The position numbers were made by a program, and so were the translations under genes. A stretch of DNA of 64,000 nt, taken from Eukaryota sp. GEM-RC1. Its lineage: Eukaryota. This document shows positions 52,404 through 61,373 of this stretch, one piece after another (position 1 is the stretch's first letter; each line of letters starts with the position of its first letter). The notes under the pieces are model-generated. The model saw nothing but the letters and a program-made list of their open reading frames with translations. It was not told the DNA's origin and did not search any database. The DNA lies in contig JAUFOQ010000017.1 in the NCBI GenBank assembly GCA_040285855.1, positions 124,001-188,000 of the forward strand, written 5' to 3'.

Positions 52404-52997
52404 ATGTCTCAACTACCCATTATAAGAGTGTTGATATTAGGTGACTCTCAATCTGGCAAATCTTCGCTACTCTATAAGTTATGCATGTCTCATTCACACA
52501 TTGCTGCTCAAGATCCTGTTCCTTATTGTGAAACTACCGTACAAAACATGTATAAACTCGAAGTTTGGGAACCCCCGCTTGTTGTAAATCTAAGCAATCC
52601 TGATGTAATTCCTTCACAATTGTTTCAGCTTGCTGATGTTATCATTATAACAGTTGACATGACTACTGAAAACTCCATCAACTCAATTGAGAGATGGGTT
52701 AAGGTTGTTTTTTCTCGTGTGAAGTCTCGTAAAATCATGATCGTTGCTACCAAAAAGGATGTCGCTGTGTCCGATGAGTTGGAAATTGATGGTATTGAGT
52801 CTTCTTTTGCCCATAAAGCCATGTCTCTAAGTAAACCCCAGTTTCCTGTAATGTACGCGGGTTCTTGTTCACTTCTAGTTGACGAGGAAGAATCATTTAG
52901 TACCGTGACTTCTATTCTCAATCAACACGCTATTGATCATTTAGCTGAACAAGGAATAGCAACTCCCATGAGTGATTACAGTTGTGTGCTTTTGTAG
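52404..52997 (+). CDS. Divergent Ras-superfamily small GTPase with C-terminal CaaL
   Basis: G1 GDSQSGKSS; G3 position LEVWEPP; ADVIIITVDMT; G4 TKKD; terminal CVLL. Confidence 0.8.
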   Translation: MSQLPIIRVLILGDSQSGKSSLLYKLCMSHSHIAAQDPVPYCETTVQNMYKLEVWEPPLVVNLSNPDVIPSQLFQLADVIIITVDMTTENSINSIERWVKVVFSRVKSRKIMIVATKKDVAVSDELEIDGIESSFAHKAMSLSKPQFPVMYAGSCSLLVDEEESFSTVTSILNQHAIDHLAEQGIATPMSDYSCVLL

Positions 52998-53425
52998 CGA
53001 GTCTTTGTCTTTTGAGTTTACAGATTTACTGCCAATGTCCCAACCATTACAGCAATTTGACGAATTCTTTGTTGAAACTGGGGGTAACTTTGTACATGTA
53101 CTGTATGTGATAAAAAAATGTGTACTATTAATTAAGACTATAAAACAAATTATCAAACGAATAACCCAATCCCAAGACAATACAAGTACATGTACTTGCC
53201 ACCAAACTTGGCCAAAATATATCTATGGCACAAAGAACCAAAGGTTATGCAAGTAAGATCTGTTGAACTTACTTGTAAATTAATGAAACAGTGTAATATG
53301 ACTGTGTTGAGATTTTTACAGACGCTTTTATCTATAGTGTGAGCACAGAAGAACTCCATGTCCATACCATTGTTTAGAAATCAAGAATTACAAATATATA
53401 TATGTAGATAAACAGGTCAGGAAAG

Positions 53426-54231
53426 TTACACCCCGTATCCACCACTGGCAATCATATCTGTACCGGTGATATAAGTGGATGCATCTGAAGCCAGGAACTG
53501 GACAAGTGAAGCAATTTCGGCTACTTCACCAAATCTTCGCATGGGGATATCAGCAATTAATCTATCAATTACTTTTTGAGGAATTTTTTGAACCATTTCA
53601 GTGTTAATAAAACCAGGTAGAACTGAATTGACTCTAACGTTTTTACGAGCACATTCCTTGGCAAGAGCTTTGGTCATTCCGATAACACCAGCTTTGGCTG
53701 CAGAGTAGTTGCTTTGTCCAAAACCACCAACTAGAGTAAGCAAAAAATGGGTCACAAAATACCTTTGCCAATAATACTGGCGATGTTGATGACAGATCCA
53801 CTTCCACGTGCTGTCATATGAGGGATGACACAGTGACAAACGTTCTAGAATGAATGAAAAACATGACATACCCAGACACCAGTTAAATTGACGTCTATGA
53901 CTTGCTTGAATGCTTCAGGGGTCATTTTATCAAGTAGCGAATCGCGTGTGATTCCTGCGTTGTTAACAACAACATCGATCTTACCGTGTGTTTCAAGTAC
54001 GTCGGAGATGAATGTGGTAACAGAATCGTGATCAGCAACATTGCAGATGTGACCAGAAGCTTTGATACCAAGAGTGTTAAGTTCTGTTTCGGTTTCAGTA
54101 ACGGAGGTCTGATCGAGATCACAAAAGGCGATATCAGATCCTGCTTTAGCCAAATAGATAGCAATAGCTTTACCTATACCTCGAGCAGCACCAGTGATAA
54201 GAGAGAGTTTACCTTCAAGAGAAAAAGACAT
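53426..54231 (-). CDS. Short-chain dehydrogenase, FabG / 3-oxoacyl-ACP reductase-like; two introns
   Basis: TGAARGIG, VVNNAGITRD, VNLTGVW|NV, INIASIIGK|VGGFGQSNYSAAKAG, VLPGFINTEM, IPMRRFG; introns at 53845-53871 (27 nt) and 53731-53762 (32 nt). Confidence 0.95.
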
Positions 54232-54351
54232 TGAAAAAGTGGAAATGTCGAAACGACCAAAATGTTGACTGTGGAAACGTGTCAACTCTTGCAGAATTGA
54301 GCATTGGATTACACCATCTATTTAATAGTAAATAGTACACACATATATATA

Positions 54352-54434
54352 CAGTAAACTCTCTCTAATTGAAACGACTTGGTGAATGGAGTTTCGTTTC
54401 AATTACAGAGAGTTTTCAATTACAGAGAGTTTCT
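54352..54434. mobile_element. Tiny pogo/Tc1-like palindromic MITE or orphan end
   Basis: TA|CAGTAAACTCTC start; 22-bp inverted arms 54356-54377 / 54394-54415 (one mismatch); right arm TTTCAATTACAGAGAGTTT duplicated. Confidence 0.55.
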
Positions 54435-55740
54435 ATAAACCTACCGTTAACTTCACATACACATGTTTACTACGCTTATTTATTCCATAACATCAATTAT
54501 TTCGTTCGTGTTGCTGAAAAATGAACGTATGTTTGTCTGTCTTAAATTGTACTTCTCTTTTCTCACACTGCTACTTAATTGTCTCTTATTACTTGATTTA
54601 CGGTTGTGGTGTCATTGAATTCGTGATTGTGAACACATCTAGAGAGAATTCTTAAAGAATCCTCCAGTTCTTTAATCACTCAGAAAGATAAGTCTTCAAG
54701 AGTGAGAGAGGGGTGGTCACGAGCATAAGAATCCCCAAATAATTACTGGAATTCAGCAGAGTAATTCCATCAACTAAAAATAGTTTAATAATATCAAACA
54801 GATAATTCTTTACGCTTCCTAAAAGAGTGATAATTTTGGTATGCGTGAAACCAATGTCAGTATATTCTGACCAATAAAGATTAATAAAAATCATAATACA
54901 TGTAGAACATCTTTGTCTCGTCAAGTCCGTCAGAGTTGGTGAGAAAACTTGGTAAAATTAAATTACACTCATTGAGAAATGTTTCAGTAAGGAAATGTTT
55001 TAATGATGGTAAAATATGACTAATGTTGACAACAATACACTCCTGAAGCATTTCAAAAGAAACTACAATGTACTTAAAATCTACAACAGTGAGATATCTC
55101 ATGACCACAGATGCTGTTTTGAATTGAACAATATTGATACCTTCAAGTACGAAGGGAAAGGAAAAGATGATATTATAAATGAATTACATGTATACAGACT
55201 TTGTAACTATACCAACACCTCAGGCTTATTAATATACCGATACACTGGACAACATGACCTTTTAAAATGATAACCTTTATTCTTGTACAATTTTCATTAA
55301 GAACCATAGATTGCCTAGCATCTGACAATTGTAGGATCGTTAAATCGTTCAACAACATAGGGTTTTAACATTGTTGATTTTAAATGAGTAGCAGTAGCAG
55401 TAGCAAAGTGTCGTGACGTCATGGCATTTGAAAAAAGATAGTGTAATGGTCCAAAGCAGTGCTGATTATATTTGTTTCATTAGCCTCTTCCGCAAGTAAT
55501 GATTCGAAACATATTTGGCGTCGCAAAAATTCCCGATTTTGTTTAGGAATGCAGAATTTCTCCATCATTTTTGGTTCAAATTTGAGTTCAGCAAAATAAT
55601 AGCGGATGCAGTTTTTCATTTGTCAGCCCACAGAATTTTCGTACTTTAGGCCTATATGCGAAGAATCACACTACACATTCTTACTTTCAAATATGAATTT
55701 TGTTTGGCTAATATTTCTGAAACTACTATTGACTGTACTA

Positions 55741-55811
55741 CAGTCTACCCTCTGAATAGTGACACCTCTGCGGCTGTCACTATATAGAGTGTCACTATTC
55801 AGTAGTAGAAT
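55741..55811. mobile_element. Tiny pogo/Tc1-like palindromic MITE or orphan end
   Basis: TA|CAGTCTACCCTC start; perfect 14-bp inverted arms 55752-55765 / 55789-55802; TGTCACTAT duplicated; same layout as 54352-54434. Confidence 0.5.
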
Positions 55812-55862
55812 ATCAGACAATGCGTCTGAAGCAACTTTGCTTTTCCTTCATTATAGTCTGAA

Positions 55863-56378
55863 ATGAAAGTCTTTCTAGTAATTACTTTGCTTGTTGTACT
55901 CGCTTTTGCAGGATGTCGTTGTCCGCGTACATGTTCTTTCGGGTATTCAGGATCTATTGTTCAATGTTTCTGCTGGTGTCAACAAATCGCCAGTTCAATA
56001 CATGCATCACCTGATGCCAGGTGTACTCATTTCCCCAAGGGTACCTTCAGTTCCGGTGGTTGTTCCCTTTGTGCTTCTAACATCAACAGTCTCAGTAAAG
56101 ACACCGCAGCAGTGGAAGTATTTGAAAAGAGTCTGTCAGAAGCCATAATGGGAGTCGGGTCTAACAACTCCATGATCTTCCCTCTTCGTCGTTGTAAATG
56201 TCCTGGAAACTGTAATTGGGGTTATTCTGGTTCATACAATAATTGCGTATCTTGGGCCCAAGCTCAGTATTCCAGTTTCTTGAAAGGTCAATATACCATC
56301 ACATACTTCCCTCGTGGAATGTATTCTTCAGGAGGGTGTACTATCTGTGGTCAGACTGACCCTTGTCATCCCTTTTAA
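55863..56378 (+). CDS. Secreted Cys-rich protein with two tandem related domains, paralog 1 (171 aa)
   Basis: Signal MKVFLVITLLVVLAFA; two CxCP..C..GYSG...C..W.Q...FP.G..SSGGC..C units separated by a linker ending in RR; equal-length paralog at 60483. Confidence 0.88.
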   Translation: MKVFLVITLLVVLAFAGCRCPRTCSFGYSGSIVQCFCWCQQIASSIHASPDARCTHFPKGTFSSGGCSLCASNINSLSKDTAAVEVFEKSLSEAIMGVGSNNSMIFPLRRCKCPGNCNWGYSGSYNNCVSWAQAQYSSFLKGQYTITYFPRGMYSSGGCTICGQTDPCHPF

Positions 56379-57051
56379 GAGTGTTTTCTGATTGATTATG
56401 AGAGATTTGTGTTCTTTATTTCACTCTTTTCAAGAGATCTTTTCTACTTTTAATTTAGAGTATTTCAAACAGCAAATGTACCCGACTATGTTAGTTAGTC
56501 TGTTGTGCTGGGAGTTTCCAGTCATTATATGTACTTTTTGTGAAACAACTTTAAGATGAAGTGGCTACGTTTGTGTGATTTAGATTGGTTTTGATCTGTT
56601 TTACAGTCACTGTATACAATGAACAATTATTCGAAGCAACTTTTGTTCGGTTCAAATGGTGACATTGCCACAAATACAGGAGTTTGGAATAACAACAAAA
56701 ATGCATTGTAATTAGGTGGACAAAACTACTTTCATCCAAAATGCTCAATGCAATCAACACTTATGGAATGAACAATTATACACAGTAAGTGGTAGAAAAT
56801 GTATGAATCAGTTTTCCCACACATTCTTTTGTCACAAATTTACTATGTATTTTGTAATTTTTGTGTTTATTATTCTATAACATTGTATGATTTACAGGAG
56901 GGACTTTGTAAATTATTAATCTGTTTTGAGTAAATGGAAACTAATGAGGAAAAAGTGAAACAGTTTTTTGCTCTAACGGTTTATAGAGTAGTGTGTTCTC
57001 AAAATCTATATAAGACCACACATTGTTGAGTGATGTACAAGAAATAGCGTA

Positions 57052-57163
57052 CAGTACACTATTTGCCGTACACTACCGTAAATTACAGTACGGCACTATA
57101 CTCAGTATCCGTAAAATACGGTAACTGTAAAAATATCGAAATTATTTACGGCAAATGTTACCG
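57052..57163. repeat. Short TA-flanked palindromic element (MITE-like)
   Basis: ATTTGCCGTA (57061-57070) / TACGGCAAAT (57147-57156); internal CCGTA/TACGG repeats; TA on both sides. Confidence 0.5.
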
Positions 57164-58218
57164 TAGTGAGATATATAATACTCTTTTACATACCCCGTAA
57201 ATCGAAACATCAAAGCATTCTTGATCATTTTCATGAGTTCTGTAACAGCTGAGCCATTTTTTGTTGCATTCATTAGTACTTAAAAGAAGAGAATTGACTG
57301 GGTCGGATACATGACAAGAGCTGAAATACTTAGAAGTTGGTACAACCTTATTGTTTTTATTAATCAAATGTGATAATCCTGCTAAGACAACTTCAAAAAC
57401 CGTGCTATGTTGATGATCCTTCGTTCAGGTAGAAATTGTATCAACTCTTTTGGTTAACGAAAAGGATGTTACATATAGTTGTTTGGATTGAGGGATCTTA
57501 TTTTTGTAGTTGTTGAAAAACTGTCAGAACGTGTGAACATGAATACCCATTCTTTAAGGGATTAAGATGAACATGATAGGATCTATACATAATAAGAAGT
57601 TTTTCAATAATACAGTGTATTAAAACGTTCTAATATTCGATCGAAAAAATACATAATGAGCTCATGATTAATAACACTCTAGACAAATTGATTAACATAG
57701 AATCAAAGTGAACATTTACTATACACAACGCTGTCAACTTGATGATTGAGCAAAGAACGGATTCTTAAGTTGAATCTTATGAGATTCAATCCAAAGGGAC
57801 TTCTTCGTCTGGATGGATTAGTTGTTGAAGGAGAAGCGAAGTTTGGATAGAATGTCTTCTCATTAGTAAATGATTTCCTCATTGGAGAGCCCTAGGCAAA
57901 GACTTGAACATCACAAGGGGAAGCAGGGCTAAAGAAACTGTAAGGGAGATGCTAAGAAACAAGAAGTGGGATGACTAGCAGGAAGTGGTGGGTGTATGGA
58001 AGGAATCTAGAAGGGAAGTTGGCAATAGGATACCGAGAGCAAGTGATGTAGGACTAAGAGAGTCAGAGCATTGCAGATACATAGGATGAGAAGACCTAGG
58101 ACTAGCAAATGAGCGCGTAAGACAAGGCTACAAATTTTAAAGGTGTGGCTATAACAGGGATGGGAAACTCAATATGATGAAAGGAAAGTGATTATGGTTG
58201 ACCGGAAACTTCGACACC

Positions 58219-60151
58219 ATGGCACAACCACGTAAGTGTTTCACTCGGTCGTGTGCTCTGAACTCGCTGCTTATACCTTCAGCAGTTCACCAGATTCGGT
58301 CTGACATTCCATTCTAATGTCACCGAAGTCTGCCATGAAGCTTCTTTGCTTCTTCATTCTTTCCTTGTCACTTTCCCTATAGCGGCCAGAGCTATTGCGG
58401 AACAGGATGTCTGGTATCTCTTTATGACCGTCATCAACAAAAGTAGCTTTCCTGCTCCTCAAACTTCGAAAGGACAAAGGCTTTTGTTGAATGTTTTCTA
58501 TGATGGTTTTCTTCCAGAGTCCCCTGCTTCTTTTGTTCCTCCTTTTACTTTGGAACACCAAAACTTTTTAATTTCTGAGTGGAATTCTGATATACTCACT
58601 TATGGGTTACTCCTCCAGAATTTCTTGAACTCCTGGCTAGCCACACAGACCTTTTCTGTGGTGAATAGCCCTAATCTTTCTCAGTGGTTTACTTGCCGTT
58701 CTCGTCAGTTTGCAGCTAATGTTAAGTCTTCTCTGCCCAAAATATCCAGAGCTTGGATTAAAAATTTTCTATATGCCCATTGTCGGGTCATTGAGACACC
58801 TCCTCAATTTTCTTCGCATCTTCTTTATCTCTTTTATAATCTTCCATTTAATGCTCCTTCTTTTGTTAATGTTTCCATTGACAATCAGTCCGAAAAAATC
58901 TTTTTACTTAACGCTGTCTATTTTATTTTCCATCTTTTCGATCGTTTTCCTGTCTCGGAAGGACTTTTATCTTCTGCTGACCACATGAATGTTTCTCCTA
59001 AAGAAATTCGTGAATTGTTTATCTTTAACCTATCAATTGCACAATTCTTAGAAACATATTTAAGTGATTTTTCCCATTGTTGGAGACGGCTCCGACTGAT
59101 CCCCCTAGCTTCTCACAAAGGGTCAAAACTGTTGGATATACCTCCAAACATCTTCAGAAATTCTACCAAATTTCCGAATGGTACAAGATCTGGAAGATTG
59201 TTCATTTCCCAACGAATTTTTAAAACCTGTCCACATTCAAAGTTTCGAATGTGGAACAAAAATTATAAAAAAAATAACAAGAAGCTAACACTGAAAACCA
59301 ACGGAAATGAGCTTCTGATCACCTTCCACAGGACTGAGCCAACCTTGGAGAAAGAAGGAGAGCCGCCAAAAAAGAAAAAGAGGCGGACAAAACATGAGGT
59401 GCAGCAAGAACCTAAAGCCAACTGCATCAAATCCATCAATTTAAAAAGATCGAAGAAGCAGCCTCGCCGTCGCCCTCCAACTGCCCAGGAGATTATCCCT
59501 GAAGGCCCATTAGTGGGTGTGGATCTTGGTCAGTCACGTCTTTGTGGTTACTATTTGAATGAAGAAAACCACGGACTGATCAAGTGTCCTACAGGCCGCC
59601 AGTTTCGAACAAACCCTTCTCCTCACAAAATGTCACCGAACCAATATTCCGTGCAAAATATTCACCTATATTTGAATCACTGGAATTTGGTAAGAAAACA
59701 GGTGTATAAAGAGAGTAACCGGTCGAAGTGGAAGTCGATTAAGTTCGACAATCGAAGACGCAGAGAACGCCGCTTTCGTGAAGCTCTGAATACTTTCCAA
59801 GAGATTTCTGGTCATCCAGAGGAACTGTATCTGGCTGTCGGCTCAGCAAACTTTCCTTCCCATTTCAGGAAAGTTAAAAGATATGGATCAGCTCGATGCT
59901 TTCGGAAATGGCTGAATCACCAAAAAGGAGTAAAACACTTTCCCACCAGTGAATTCAACACTAGCAAACTGTCAAGCTGCTGTATGTCTCTAAACGAAGC
60001 AACCAGATGGTGGCAAATGAGAGTCTGTGCCAACTGCCATCAAGTATATGACAGAGATGTTTCCGCTGCTAAAAATATTCAGACTAGGAAGAAAGCAGAG
60101 TTGTGGCCTGGAAGATACGTCTGTCCTGAGGTAATGTCGAGGAGAGTCTAA
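58219..60151 (+). CDS. Fanzor (Fanzor1-like eukaryotic TnpB homolog), RNA-guided endonuclease; about 643 aa with one frameshift near 58308 (continuous frame 58262-60151)
   Basis: RuvC-I VGVDLG (D 59522), LAVGSANF, RuvC-II TSEFNTSK (E 59951), Zn finger SCC...CANC, RuvC-III DRDVSAAKNI (D 60056); N-terminus SCALNSLL...NVTEVCHEASLLLH; basic NLS-like PPKKKKRR and KRSKKQPRRR. Confidence 0.9.
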
Positions 60152-60460
60152 TGGAGAGATCGGTAGAAATGATAAACAAAACCACTTTGAGACCGATCTG
60201 GTGATGTATCTATCCCGGTAGATATGTTTGTCAGGTCCATTTAGATAGATTAAGTCTAAGAAACTTTGTTCTGTGTAAGCGGTGTAAGCTGTGTAAGCAG
60301 TCGGTCTATCTAAGTGATGTAGCCCGTTGATGAAGATCATGATTATCTTTGTCAGATGACGCTATATGTCTCTTACAACCTGTGAAAACAGGAGTGAATT
60401 TCATAATTGGGAGTAAGCAGTTGTTATGAAATTCACAGTACGTGAATGATCTGTCAATTC
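60152..60460 (+). ncRNA. Candidate Fanzor omega-RNA (scaffold plus 3' guide); boundaries inferred
   Basis: Consecutive hairpins after the Fanzor stop: 60157-64/60192-99, 60195-60237 (alternative to the first), 60238-51/60303-16, 60328-37/60345-54, CCTGT-GAAA-ACAGG 60379-60392, 60394-407/60423-36; many G-U pairs in the + sense. Confidence 0.6.
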
Positions 60461-60482
60461 GTTTCTATTGCAATCTCACACC

Positions 60483-60998
60483 ATGAAACTCGTTTTTGTT
60501 ATTACTCTGTTCATTGCACTGGCTTTTGCTGGTTGTCGATGTCCGGGTTCTTGCTCATTTGGATATACAGGAACTTCTCCACAGTGTTTCTGTTGGTGCC
60601 AACAAACTGCTAGATCAGTCCAAGCAAGACCTGATGCAAGATGTACTTACTTCCCTAGTGGTTCCTTCAGCTCTGGTGGATGCTCTCTTTGTGCTTCTAA
60701 CATTAACAGTCTCACCAGCGAAACTTCTGCTACCGAAGTCTTCGAAAAGAGCCTTTCAGATGCCTTAATTGGAGTCGAAACCAATAGCGGAATGATCTTC
60801 CCTGTTCGTCGTTGCAGATGCCCTGGACGTTGTGAATGGGGTTATACAGGTTCATACTCAGCATGTTCTTCTTGGGCCCAATCTCAGGCTTCTAGTTTCT
60901 TGAATGGGCAATATACAGTGACTTATTTTCCTCATGGAATGTATTCTTCTGGAGGATGTAGTGTTTGTGGTCATACTGATCCTTGTAAGACCTTTTAA
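60483..60998 (+). CDS. Secreted Cys-rich protein with two tandem related domains, paralog 2 (171 aa)
   Basis: MKLVFVITLFIALAFA-GCRCP...; ungapped alignment to 55863-56378 with the cysteines and the RR site conserved. Confidence 0.88.
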   Translation: MKLVFVITLFIALAFAGCRCPGSCSFGYTGTSPQCFCWCQQTARSVQARPDARCTYFPSGSFSSGGCSLCASNINSLTSETSATEVFEKSLSDALIGVETNSGMIFPVRRCRCPGRCEWGYTGSYSACSSWAQSQASSFLNGQYTVTYFPHGMYSSGGCSVCGHTDPCKTF

Positions 60999-61100
60999 GA
61001 GTTTGCGATAGAAGACTGACTGTTATGACAGAACTTACACAACCTTATTTGTAAAGATAGTTTTTAAAGAAAATATTTTTCTGACAACAACACTACAGTG

Positions 61101-61373
61101 CAATGTTCGAAGACACGCGTGGACTTGTTTGGACACGCAGACACGTTTGGACATGGACACGGTGTCTTGTGAAAAACACGCAAAAGACACCGCATATGTT
61201 TGTGTTTTTCTGCAAAAACCTAGAAAACTTCGAAAGTACCCTTTTATTTCCCTCAATATTAAAAAATAATAAGATATATATCATCTTATTAAATAACAAA
61301 GACACCGTGTGGACACGCGTGTTAACACCGACACGGTGTCTTTTAAAAAACACGTGGGAAATTTCGAACACTG
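61101..61373. mobile_element. hAT-type MITE inserted in the 3' tail of the non-LTR element
   Basis: TIRs CAATGTTCGAA / TTCGAACACTG (10/11 match); 8-bp TSD CTACAGTG (61093-61100, 61374-61381); GACACG repeats; empty site at 11159-11166. Confidence 0.92.

Noticed and set aside
54676..55619. Possible pogo transposase relic (DETKMF, MEKFC..R..CFES)
   Set aside because: Only isolated short motifs in different frames; no complete DDD triad or matching pair of TIRs.
58232..58293. GTAAGT...CAG as an intron repairing the Fanzor start
   Set aside because: None of the CAG acceptors (58282, 58285, 58293) gives the right phase, the length exceeds the 27-32 nt norm, and it would delete the Fanzor-like CALNSLL motif.
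59990..60340. Minus-strand ORF with TAYTAYTAYT overlapping the Fanzor end
   Set aside because: Antisense by-product of the 9-nt repeat in the structured 3' region; no protein features.
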